In this document: positions 13,975-25,769 of the stretch, in pieces | How positions within the stretch are numbered: position 1 is the stretch's first letter | Layout of the letters: each line of letters begins with the position of its first letter | Source: Callorhinchus milii | Lineage: Eukaryota | Assembly (NCBI RefSeq): GCF_018977255.1 | Contig: NW_024704755.1 | Span: 5,270,001-5,334,000 of the forward strand | Reading direction: 5' to 3' | DNA: 64,000 nucleotides | Notes under the pieces: model-generated | Told to the model about the DNA's origin: nothing | The model's input: the letters and a program-made list of their open reading frames with translations, nothing else | Database searches by the model: none | Position numbers and translations under genes: made by a program

Positions 13975-14305
13975 CTCCACATCCCACATCCTAACCGCTC
14001 TACCATCGGTGGCCGGGCCTTCAGCCTCTCAGCCCCTGGGCTCTGGAACTCCATCCCCCAGTGCCTTCGCCTTCGCTTCCTCCCTTTCCTCCTTCAAGGC
14101 CGGTCTCAAGACCTTTCTCTTCGACCGTGCCTTCAGTTCCCCTCTCGACTCTCTACCCCCTCCTCGCTCCCTCCCTTCCCTCCCCTCACCCTGACCGTTT
14201 CCCCCCACCAATGCTCGGGTCCCGACCCAACTGTCCAGCGCCTTGGGACATCCTCCCGATGTGAAAGGTGCTCTATAAATGTTATTACAAACTTGTTGTT
14301 GTAGT
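13975..14305 (+). mobile_element. 3' end of an L2-clade LINE
   Basis: LWNSIP / SSLSSFKAGLKTFLFDRAF resembles the L2 ORF2 C-terminus; pyrimidine-rich UTR, stem-loop, (TTG)n tail. Confidence 0.8.
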
Positions 14306-15429
14306 AGCTAAACTCCAAGGAACTTTCAGGAAAATTCTTATTGAAATAAGGATGGCTATGGATATTTCACAGCCTGTAACAATCTTTGATTGATAAAAAA
14401 AATGCAATGTATACACGTGGATGTTATTCCTCTAACATGTCAAAGCGATATCTCTGATCGTGTCACATTCAGATAGTCTCTGAAGCAACATTGGAAGAAT
14501 TCCTAAATTGTAGGGTTCTTTGAATCACAAGTCCACTTTATTTGTAAATGGATTAAAAGCAATTCAGATCGTTCACCGCTGTACTGTTACAAAGGAAATC
14601 AATGTGTCTAATCAGATTTTGTGTGTGGTGATCCTTGGTGTCAGCCTGGCTCAATTGTGATTATTCCGCCTCTGAGGTAGTGAGTTCAAGCCCCATGTCG
14701 GGACTTTGAAATGGGCTCACATTCTAATATAGTGCTGGGGAGTATTACTTTACTGGACGTGCTGTCCTTCAGATAGGATGTTGAGCTGAGCTCCTGAATG
14801 ACTATTCATGTGGATTTTAGAACATTCTTACCGCATTACTTGAAAAGAGAGGTGTGTTTCTCCCAGCAACACAAATATTCATAACATCACAAGGCTATGG
14901 AGAAAGAAAGAAAGAAAGCATTGAGATTTTATAATTCCGCAACATTGAAATCTCCAATACCCAAATCTGAAAATAATTGCTTTTGAGAAAGAGATTGATT
15001 CTTCACAATCTGACATTGCATGAGTATGTTTTATATTGATTACGGCAAAACATTTATTGTATTGTGTTGTATTGAAGTTGAAAAAGTGACCTTGTTTGAA
15101 TACACCAGAAATTACTTTGATACATTAAAAGCCCACTTGGTAAATGTTGTGACATGTCTATTTTAATGAGTTTGTTTAGTCAGATGCGGGTGTCTGCTCG
15201 GATGCTAACCTGACCTTCTGCCAGCTGCCACATTGCCTGGAACCTATAGTATCCTGCTTCAAGCACTGGAAGTTTGTCTGCTCATAAGGCAGTCTTGTCA
15301 GATGTCAATATAGTCAAGAGAATTTAGTTAGTTAGACTTTCTAGGTCTGTCTGTGGGGCAGGGCATGGAATACAATAGTTAGGGCTTGAGTTCCAGGTCT
15401 GAACAGTAAATAAGACAATACACGGAGTG

Positions 15430-15810
15430 TGGCTTCCTGTTTGATATGGACTGAGGAAGCCCAGTTTCAATGTCAGGTCGTTGCTGAATTAGCTGAACTC
15501 AAACAGAGTTGACAGTGAGCCTTTATCAAACGGCCCCAGGCTAGGGAGGAAAAAATCAGCCAGGGTACTAGTTGCTGTTTACTGTGCAGTGACCCCTGTT
15601 GGAAATTCCACCTGCATGGACAGTTTCGCAGAAAGAGGATTGGCTGTGATAGCTGCCCCTTCCCCAACTCCTTTCCCCGCAGTTTGAATATGCTGCTCAC
15701 ACTTGGTGTGTACACTCACAGATGGAGAATGCATAACTGGGCAAGTTAGCAGATAGTTAGTTACTGGTGCCCTGAGGAAGTAGCCCAGCATCAGGCAGCA
15801 CTTTGAACGT
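15430..15810 (+). repeat. Ancient dispersed repeat, second copy at about 28640-28940
   Basis: Shared colinear blocks TTAGCTGA(A/T)CTC and GAGGAAAAAATCAG(C/T)CAGG. Confidence 0.55.
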
Positions 15811-17614
15811 GGGAGCAAGAAAAGAAGTAAACTGCTGAATTGCACAATACAGGACATTCATATTGTTATTGATTAGATTGCCAATGGAAAGCACGTCTAA
15901 TTCAGAAAAGCAGATGTGTAAGATGCGTAAATATACAATCAATTCACCTTACAGTATATCCTTTGAGATGAATCGAGGACGTGATAAGGCGCTATATCAA
16001 ATGCAAGGATTGTAATTAATATTATATTAGAAAAATTGATCTGGTACAGTATTTGCACTGTTGCTAGTCGTACAGATTTGATTGTGAGTTTTCATAAAAA
16101 ATACTTCTGCAAAAAACAACCTTGTTAAGTATCAGATTGTCAAGGACTCACAGTCTGGCCTTGAGTCGCTGTGTTGTATGCTGTACACAGCAATGATTAC
16201 ATCAGAGAGTATGATGAGATTGGTGCTTCAGTTGTTGGCTTTGGAATCCTGAACTGCTGCCCGAGACATTGGGACACACATTTTAAACCTTTTAGTGTGC
16301 GTCATTGTAGTAATACATATTACGTTATAAAAGGTTTTAACACAAATAAACTTTGCAATTCCACTAGTCTCCAAGCTCACAACATGGGCATGAATATTCT
16401 ATACAATAATAGATCATAACTGCTAACAGCTGCAGTTAGAATAGGAAAACAGGGTTAATTTAACAGAGTGTGTTGAAATATTCTTGAATGTTTTTTATGC
16501 TAGAAATTGGGAGAATAAGATGAGGATGGATTTACTGTCATAATAATATTCTATTTGGAGATAGCAGCATAAGTTCCAATTCAGTAATATAGTACTATAA
16601 TAATTAATAATTCTCGCTTTTGATATCACACCTATACGATTAAACTGTCTTTCAAAGTGCTTCACAGGTAATTGCTTTCAGACTCAGTGGCTGTGTATTT
16701 GAAGGCAATCTCACTGCAGGACATTTGTATCTTTCTGAATGATTCCTTAAAAGGATTCATTCCTTTGCTGTCAGTGAGATGTGTTAGCATTTTTAGCCTG
16801 ATACTAAACCTCTGCCCTTGAAGCCACAATAAGGGAAAACGGAAAGTTTGGATTCTACCGAATGGATTAGGGCCAAAGCATTAACCCTTTATACTCAGAT
16901 GTTTGAGTCAGATTGACGCAAGGTGATTAGCAGACTGAATTACCCTCCTTTTCAGAAATTGCACCTCTAGTCTCCTCATTACACAGCCAGCTACTCGCTG
17001 TTGGAGGAATGTTCAAACAATCAACTGTTGTTGCCACACATAGAAGCCACCTCACTCTCTTTTGTGAAACAATAGTGGAGTATATCAGGAAAAGGAATGA
17101 AGATTTTCAATGATTTAACCCGATTATTGTCAGGGTCATTCAATCCCCAAAGAGAAAATGCCTATTGCGTCGGGTGCACCAGCTGCAGAGGGTAAAGACA
17201 GACACATCTGCTGTACAGACTTAAGAAAAGACAAAGCTTGAAAAGAATGGTTTGGGGAGAGGGGGAGGTGTCACACACACACTAGGCTTTCACTTCTGGA
17301 CATGGTTTTGAATCCAGGGCAGACAATTATGCTGAGTGTCTTCCTCTGTCTATCGGCTACAGGGATTCAAAGTGAAATGTGTTTGGGCAGTTTCTTCCAC
17401 CCACTGGTTGCCATGCTCTTCAGAGGATTTCGCCTAAGGTATATCACAAATGACAGAGCTTTGCTCTGTATTTAACTGCATTATATCTGATATGAAAGTG
17501 CTTGACACCAATACTAGGTGCCTGAAATAGAAAAGTGTACTATTTATCAGTGCTAACTTCCCTGAAGTCGACAAGCACACAATTCATCCCACCAATGATT
17601 CATCCTCATCCATA

Positions 17615-17938
17615 AATAATAATAATAATAATCCTTGCATTTGATGTAGCGCTTTTCACGTCGGGAGGACGTCCCAAAGCGCTTCACAGAACACACTGTA
17701 AAGTGAATTGACTGTATATTTGTGGGCGAACGCAGCAGCCAATTGCGCACAGCAATGTCCCACAAACAGTCATGGATTGAAAATGACCAATTTATTATTG
17801 TTTTTTTTTTTGGTTTTGGAGGGATTATTATTAGGCTCTGTGTGGAGTAAGGAAACTTGCCCAAGGTTTCGCCCTGGAATTGAACTCGGCTCACTCGCTT
17901 GCAAAGCGAGTGCTCTAACCACTGAGCTACAGGACTCC
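17615..17938 (-). mobile_element. Full-length tRNA-derived SINE
   Basis: tRNA-like head GGAGTCCTGTAGCTCAGTGGTTAGAGC with A/B boxes, body, L2-like tail and (ATT)n; closely matches other copies in the window. Confidence 0.92.
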
Positions 17939-19737
17939 ATAGACAGCCACATACACATAAACGATGGTATTTACCAGTTGAAGAAGTGAGGAACTGGCAG
18001 AGAGTAATCCAAAGAATAAAATCCATGTGAAATCAGCTGCAAGCTTAATCTCTGCTTTCAAAACACTTCAGCTAATTCAAAGGGTTACAGGCTTTCAATG
18101 CAATAACCCTTATTTCTACATTCATCACAGAAATTCAACATTTGTTTTCTTGCCTGCCACTTTGTGAAATTGTCTTGTTTTATCTTCGGGGCAAGTTCTC
18201 ATCAGCCCGTGGGATAGGAGAAAACAAGACTTCCCACTCTGAAAACAAAGGATAAAAAATGATATGAATAATAATTATAATAATCCTTGCATTTGATTTA
18301 GCGCCTTATCATGATGTTGAGATGTCTCAGAGCGCTTCACAACATATACTGTAAAGTGAATTGACTGTATATTTTGTGGGTAAAATGCGGCAGCCAATAT
18401 ATTCTGCGGATACAAATTTTTAGCTGAACAAATATTGAGCAAACAATATTTCCACAGTACAATATTTTAGAAGTAAAACTTCTAGGGAGGAATCCACACT
18501 ATTTATCAAAAATAGAGAGAAGGATTCCCCTATGCGCAATTGGCTGCTTTGTTTCACCCACAAATTTACAGTCAATTCACTCTACAGTATATTCTGTGAA
18601 GCATTTAAGACGTCTAGAAGACGTGAAAAGCGCTGTGTCAAATGCAAGGATTATTATTAGCAGTAATAGTAGTATTATAACCTATCCTTGTCCTATTATT
18701 CTTCACCTCTAACAATGTCCCTAGATCAAGGAATAGTACAGGTTCCATGCCCCTGCCACAGTGTGTTCCTGAACTTCAGCTACATTAGAGTTTACAGCAA
18801 GCAGATGTATGTGTTGGGCTTTTTTTCTCTCTCCCTCATTTGTTAATTATACAGTATTTTCTGTTTGGATAGTGTTATTGGAGAAGTTATGATGTTCTGA
18901 GATTTCAGCTGTGTTGCTGTTAGGTCTGTGCCCTTTAATTTGGCAGGCTTTGGAAGGGTAGAGATAGCCACCTTGTGGACACCAATTTCACTTTGATTTC
19001 ACTTAAAATCAACAGAAGTGTACTGTAGTGCCTTCAACAAGTTATACTAATCACATTATTAGTCATCTCTGCACTCAGTGTGATTTCACCATCCCTCACT
19101 CCCCCCCACCCCGCCATTGCTACCACAGATTCTGATGTCAATCATCTTAATTATCAATTAGAATTTGGTTTTCTACGCGTCTCATTGTAAGTTCTCATTT
19201 AGTTCCAATGGAAATTAACCTGTACTTCAATCCTCAGGATCATGAAATGGCTGTAGCGTTTTCAAGGTGGCTTAATTCGCTCAGATAATCAAGCAGACTT
19301 TCTGGAATAAATTTTAAAATGTGATGTTCAGAGATTTTTTCACGAATTTGAGTACAAGATATATTTTTCGAACAAGTGAACCTCATACATCACTGATTTT
19401 TAGCATCATACCTCCTGCTTTATCCAACAGAATTATATTTCGCAGAATTATATGTTGTGATATGCAGCCCAGAGTGGTTTTGGGAACGGTGTAAGAAAAG
19501 GTCTTGAAAGGGGGTGGGGGGGGGGGGGGGGGGGGGGCGGTGATGGGAAATGAGTCGAGTGTAACAATCTCTGATACCAGTAGCTTCCTCCTCATTCTGT
19601 CCACGTTACGGAGAGCGTCTCACTGGACGTGGCGACGGATCATCACAATATCTGCCGGGAAAACGACGGAGCTCACTCTCACCGTATGTGCGCCTGCGAC
19701 TGAACACGATTAAGTACTTCTGAATACAGTGATCATC

Positions 19738-20051
19738 AATAATAATCCTTGCATTTGATATAGCGCTTTTCACGTCGGGAGGACGTCCCAAAGCGCTTCA
19801 CAGAACACACTGTAAAGTGAATTGACTGTATATTTGTGGGCGAACGCGGCAGCCAATTGCTCACAGCAGTGTCCCACAAACAGTCGTGGATTGAAAATGA
19901 CCAATTTATTATTGTTTTTGGTTTTGGAGGGATTATTATTAGGCTCTGTGTGGAGTAAGGAAACTTGCCCAAGGTTTCGCCCTCTGCCTGGAATTGAACC
20001 CAGGTCTCTCGCTTGCAAAGCGAGTGCACTAACCACTGAGCTACAGGACTC
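19738..20051 (-). mobile_element. Full-length tRNA-derived SINE abutting the COG8 promoter
   Basis: Near-identical to the 17615-17938 copy. Confidence 0.92.
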
Positions 20052-20084
20052 GACAGGACTTTGCGTACACCCTGTGCCACCAGA

Positions 20085-20210
20085 ACACGCCCAATTGGGC
20101 TCGAACCCGCCCAATCTGGTCACGTGGCCTCCGAGCGGCCGGCTGGCTTCCCGGTCGAGTTTCCGGTCGGGACCGGAAGTCGCGGTCCCTTTACCAAGAT
20201 GGCGGCCGCG
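20085..20210 (+). promoter_or_regulatory. COG8 CpG-island promoter
   Basis: CCAAT 20111, E-box GTCACGTG 20119, ETS CCGGAAGT 20173-20180, YY1/TISU CCAAGATGGCGG 20194-20205 spanning the ATG. Confidence 0.75.
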
Positions 20211-20741
20211 GGGATCGACGTGGAGGACGAGAGCATCCTGGCGTCGATTTTCAAGGATTCCTTTCCCGACAACTGGAGGGAGAACCCCGACTTCACGCTG
20301 TACTTGTCGGAGCTCAGCTCGTACGGCGTGGACAAGCTGAGCCGCGAGCCCGAGAGGCTGGCCGAGGAGCGGGCCCAGATCCTGCAGCAGACCCAGGAGT
20401 TGGCCTTCTCCAACTACAAGACCTTCATCAAGACGGCCGAGTGCACCAAGGAGATCTACCGCGACTTCGGCCTGGTGGAGACCCACGTCTCCCGGGCCCT
20501 GGAGAAGCTGCCGGGCCTGAGCGAGAAATGCAGGCAGTTCATGCAGGAGACGGAGGCCACGGGAGCCAGCAGGAGGATGAACAGCCTGACCCTGAACCGT
20601 CACACCGAGATCCTGGAGATCCTGGAGATCCCGCAGCTCATGGACACCTGCGTTAGGAACGGCTACTACGAGGAAGCCCTGGAGCTCGCTTCCTATGTCA
20701 AGAGGCTGGAGAAGAAGTACTCCTCCATACCTGTTATACAG
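20199..20741 (+). CDS. COG8: COG8 exon 1 (conserved oligomeric Golgi complex subunit 8, Dor1 family)
   Basis: ATG at 20199 (MAAAGIDVEDESILASIF...HTEILEILEIPQLMDTCVRNGYYEEALEL...SIPVIQ); donor CAG|GTGCTG; 543 nt, phase 0. Confidence 0.96.
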
Positions 20742-21273
20742 GTGCTGGTTTTTCTCCCGAATGCTACTTGGATGTTTAGATGATGATAATGATAATGATG
20801 ATAATAATGATAATAATGATGATCATCAAAAAAGATAGTAATCCTCGAATTTGAGAAAGCGCCTTATCAAACTGTTGAGACGTCTCAAAGCGCTTCACGG
20901 GATGTATTGTCAAGTAGATTGGACTGTGGATTTTGTGGGCGAAACGCGACCGCCAATTGCGCACAGCAGTGCACCCACAAACAAAAAAAGATGCAGTTGG
21001 GTTGCCTCTGGCTCCGTGTACAATTCTACACATCGTTTTATCTGGTTTATATAATGTTGTGATATGCAACGCGGACAAATTTCACTTGATCGGTTAGAAA
21101 TTGCTGTGGTAGCGAATGTTGACAATATGGATTCTGGGACTGTGTGGTACCTAGGTTTACACAAGCAGATTGTACTCTCCGATATTAATTTGATCAGAGA
21201 AGAGCAGATTAGATCTTTATTGTACATTATGCACTTTAACCCTCCTAATACTTTTATTACATGTCTCACACAG

Positions 21274-22092
21274 GGGATAGTAACTGAAGTGCGTTCATCT
21301 GCGCAGCTGATGTTGAACCAACTCATCCAGCAGCTCCGCACCAATGTGCAACTTCCTGCTTGTTTGCGGGTCATAGGCTATTTGAGGAGAATGGACGTGT
21401 TCACTGAAGCAGAATTAAGAATAAAGTTCCTTCAAGCCCGAGATACCTGGTTAAAGTCTATCCTTGGCGCCATATCAGAGAATGATCCTTACTTCCACAT
21501 AACTAAAACGATTGAGGCTTGCCGTGTCCATCTGTTTGACATTATCACTCAGTACCGTGCTATTTTCTCAGACGAGGATCCGTTGTTGCTTTCCAATGAT
21601 CAAGCTGTGAATGAAAGTGCAATTTTTCATGGCTGGGTGGTACAGAAGATGTCTGAGTTTCTTCAGAAGCTGGAATTGGATCTTCAGAGGGGTGTGGGAA
21701 CCCGCTTAGATTCATTGCTGGGCCAGTGCATGTACTTTGGACTTTCCTTTAGTCGTGTAGGTGCGGATTTTCGTGGACAGCTTGCTCCTATGTTTCAGAG
21801 GGTTGCAATAAACGCCTTTTCGAAATCTGTGCAGGAAGCAATAGAGAGGTTTCAGGAAGACATGAATCTGTACACGCTAATCTCTGCCCCATCCGTGCTG
21901 GGGAGCACAATCGCAGCGACAGTTTCAACCAGTCAACCAAATACTCTCCATCCTCCAATGATGCTTCTGGACTTCCCACCACTGGCTTGCTTTCTGAACA
22001 ACATTTTATCGGCCTTCAATGATCTCCGTCTCTGCTGTCCCATAGCTCTTGCACAGGAAGTAACCCTGTGTTTGGAAGATTCACTTGTGAAG
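21274..22092 (+). CDS. COG8: COG8 exon 2
   Basis: acacag|GGG acceptor; GIVTEVR...[20 protein letters not shown]...LEDSLVK; donor AAG|GTATTT; 819 nt. Confidence 0.96.
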
Positions 22093-22569
22093 GTATTTCA
22101 GCGACTTGCTCAGTCCTAGAATATATAGCATTCCTGATACCAGCAAATAAGTTAATAACTAAATAACTAAATGCCAAACCACTTAGTATTGATTTCATAC
22201 GCACAACATAGTGGGTATTATAGTTAGTGTAATTACTACAACAATTCCCTTCATCCTAGAACCTTGATTTAATGTACAATTTTGCTAAATGGTTGGCTGT
22301 TCACCTATACACCGGCAGAAAAATCACAAATTTAATTAACAGTTTTAAGTTAGTGAACTATGCAATTGAATAGATTTTTGTAGCAATAAATTTACATTTA
22401 TTCTGTGTATTTGGGAGATACAAAGGAAAAATTTCATTGAACTATCTTGTTGTGGTAACTAGTGAAGCATATAACTCCTACCCTCCCAGTTAGAGAGTGA
22501 TGTAAAGGTCTGAATAGGCTATCCCCCAAAATGCTCAAATCACATTTTGCTAATTATTTTGGTTTCCAG

Positions 22570-22738
22570 ATAACAAAATTGATCTTGTCTTTTCATCGAG
22601 CTGAGGAAACTGCTTTCAGTGAAAAAGAGCGGGAGTTATTTGTCCAGTTCTGTGCTACCTTCACTGAAGACCTCATCCCATATCTGAACCGATGTTTACA
22701 AGTGCTTTTCCCACCAACACAAGTTGCACAGATCCTTG
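22570..22738 (+). CDS. COG8: COG8 exon 3
   Basis: tttccag|ATA acceptor; ITKLILSFHRAEETAFS...FPPTQVAQIL; donor G|GTAATA; 169 nt, ends phase 1. Confidence 0.95.
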
Positions 22739-22907
22739 GTAATAAGTTAGCTATATTCCATACTATTTAAACTTCTGTTTTAATGTATTTGATGCATGTT
22801 TTCCTTCAATAGATGCACTTGATCTATTCTATGTCTTGTGACTTGGATGCTGCATGTCATCTATTATCTTACCTCAACATGTTTCGCAAACTTTCTGTTA
22901 TCGGCAG

Positions 22908-23233
22908 GTGTTCCTCCAACTCGGATTCACAAATATGGCTCTATTGGGTACATCAACCTAGATTTTGTTCAAGAATCGCTTGCTTTTATCCTGCCAAAGA
23001 AGGAAATTCTAATTTCAAGCAAGACTAACTTTGATGGTGAGGTGGTACAGACACCGTCCACTGAAGTGTTGGCAAGCACTGGACTAGAGACTGAAGCTAA
23101 AGCCGAGAAGCTTAACGAACAACAGCCGGCAGAGTTATCCTCATCTGTACTCAGCATTGAAGCAGAAGTGACCGAGAGTAAACAACACACAGCCAGCGAG
23201 GAATCAGAGTATTGCGTCAATAGTCATTTATGA
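22908..23233 (+). CDS. COG8: COG8 exon 4 (terminal coding exon)
   Basis: ggcag|GT completes Gly; GVPPTRIHKYGSIGYINL...AFILPKKE...; TGA 23231-23233; joined CDS 1857 nt = 618 aa. Confidence 0.93.
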
Positions 23234-24088
23234 TCTGCATTTGTAACATAGTTTTTTTTAATTCAAAAATTTGACTACGGGTATACAGATTCCATTATTT
23301 AATGCAATGAATGAATGAATGAACAGCTGACAAATGCTTCATTTTTTTCTGACTCATTGAACTTGGGAACTCTAAATAAGGTTATTTCTGTATCAGGTCT
23401 GCCAAATGTGCAACCGTTTGATGTAACAAAGCATTTTAAGCTTGGTACCACACTTTGCTCTGATACATTTGACCCTGTGTACGTACATACACTTTCATCA
23501 ATGCAGTTTGCAAAATAGAGGGGAAATCGTATTCCAGCCAATTTTGACATACAATTGCGATTTCAGCAACTAGTTTCGCTTTTTGGTGATATCTCAAAAT
23601 ATTCACTTCTGAAATCTTTCAACTTTTGGTGTTCATGTTACGATAGAAAATCTAAAGGGAATTTGACTGTCCAGGCTATGGTTCTATGAATTGACACTGT
23701 TAACACATGCACACATCTACTAAATTCAATCTACTTTCATTCCCTCGGATTATCAAGTTAGCTGGTTACTAACAAGAAATCTAATGAACTACAAATTTGT
23801 CATTACACAACAGACATAAAATTGTGTTCTCAAATTGAAAAAAACACCATTATTTACTGGATTATTGGATATTTTTCCTTTTAGATTATGGGTTAATTTC
23901 TTTTTCTAAAACACACACACAATATTTTACTTTATATATTGGAACTTAAATTCTGTAAACTTATTTTAACAACTATCACAGATCAGAAATTACAGAAAAT
24001 TCAGAGAGTTAATTCTAGAATGCTTCCATCTGTCAATTGGATGTTTGTTAAAGTACAAATTATTCCTGTTATTTGACAGTTTTTGTGA

Positions 24089-24107
24089 AATAAAATGCTT
24101 TAATAAA
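24089..24107 (+). terminator. Candidate COG8 polyadenylation signals
   Basis: Two AATAAA hexamers (24089, 24102) about 0.87 kb after the stop. Confidence 0.45.
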
Positions 24108-24825
24108 ACATTTTTAATCACTTAATCTCAAAAATCTGGGGTCAAGATGCTGGGAGAAATAATTATTGAGTTAAATAAACACTTTCAGTGCTCATATGTA
24201 AATGGCAGGTTTCATATATAAGTAACCCTTATTAGTTGCTGTATGTAGACACTGCTGTGCAGCTTAACGCTCTCCTGTTGCTATAATGAAACAGAATTAA
24301 GTGAGCACTAATACTCAGCAAGAAGCATAAATGATTGCGGAAATCATTAAAAAATGATGAGTTGCAGAACACTGCAGAAAATTGTAATCATATTTTTGGT
24401 TTATTTTTGACTAGTTAAGTTTGTGCTTCAATTATTAGAACAAAAATAGTGCACTTGCTGTTCTGCAAAAGTAGGCATGTTCCACTGCATTTTTTTTACA
24501 CAAAATTAAGACAATCCAGGGATAAGCGTGTGAAAAGTGAAGCACACCTTGCTCTTTGTGCATGTTTTTGTATCCACCAAATTTGGGGGGTGAATCATCC
24601 AAATCAGATAAATTTGGTAAACCACTTTAAGATAAACTATCTATTAAATGTCACTAATTAAAGGTACTTTTAATCAAATGAAATTATGTGGTCAATGAGA
24701 ACTGATTTAACCAGTGAATTGACTGAAGCAACAAACAAATAAATGTTTTAAGGTTAAAACTGCAGATTAATGTATTTTCCTACATAACATTTTTTAAAAA
24801 AAGGACCACAAGTTTGTTTAGTCAT

Positions 24826-24831
24826 TTTATT
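24826..24831 (-). terminator. Candidate NOB1 polyadenylation signal
   Basis: AATAAA on the minus strand about 0.43 kb after the NOB1 stop. Confidence 0.4.
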
Positions 24832-25253
24832 CATTTTTAGTGAATATCAGTGTAAATGTATTCACGTTTGTACATGACATTTTTAAAATGCAACCCAGAG
24901 TCTTCTGAAGTAATTATATAGATGAAAAGTTATTTAAGAGACAGCTAAAATGCTTTAAGATAAGACTATCTATTTGGAGCAGACAAAGCGCTTCAAGTCC
25001 AGCCTTCGCCATCAGCACAATAAATATACCCTTTTCATAAAGCACAAGTAGATGCAAGATAACTAGCTTCAGAGCAGCTGGGTCAGGTACCAGGTTAATC
25101 ATATGTCTTGAGCTGTTAAAGCAGACATTCAATAATAAACTTCCATAGCTCTCACTGTCTCTGCATATTTAATACATAAATAGTTTTATAAAATACACTT
25201 CTTTCATCAAAAAGCCTTTGTGAGGTACCGAAAATACTAGGTTGCAATTTTTT

Positions 25254-25523
25254 TTATTTCTTCTTAACAAATTTTTTCGTCGCAGCATTTGGGTTCATTC
25301 TCTGCCTTCCAGCTCCAAAGCTGTTGTCCCGAATGTTTAGTTGAGCTGCTCTGCTATTGATGTCATTATCAACAAATGGGGAAGCATTGGCGCTGTAATT
25401 TGGGTCAAAGACATTGGTCTTCTTTCTTGCTTTTCTGGAGAGACGTTGCTGAGGAAAGTTCTGATCTTCAGTCAAGAATGGATTACGAGCGTGCTTCCCA
25501 CCTTGTGGTAATGGGAGAGAATG
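25254..25523 (-). CDS. NOB1: NOB1 exon 9 (terminal)
   Basis: HSLPLPQGGKHARNPFLTEDQNFPQQR...NPNAATKKFVKKK*; joined CDS 1323 nt = 440 aa. Confidence 0.95.
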   Translation of the reverse strand, partial: HSLPLPQGGKHARNPFLTEDQNFPQQRLSRKARKKTNVFDPNYSANASPFVDNDINSRAAQLNIRDNSFGAGRQRMNPNAATKKFVKKK

Positions 25524-25769
25524 CTGGTGGGAGAAACACATGAAATCGCCATATTTTTATGTGTATGTGAAATAATGGCATGTACTGGGCTAAACACTGA
25601 AGACATAAATTGTTTTTATAATTAGACAAACTAAATTTGTAACAGGATTTTCTCAAGATATCATTTAGCGTAGATAGACAATAGGCACGGCAGCAGGAAA
25701 TCTGTGAAAATAACAGTTACTAAAAGCTCTTTGCATTTAAATTTCGATAAAACAGAACAGCAACCTCAC

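Noticed and set aside
19770-20603. 277-aa antisense ORF over COG8 exon 1
   Set aside because: Shadow frame caused by high third-position GC, running on into SINE sequence
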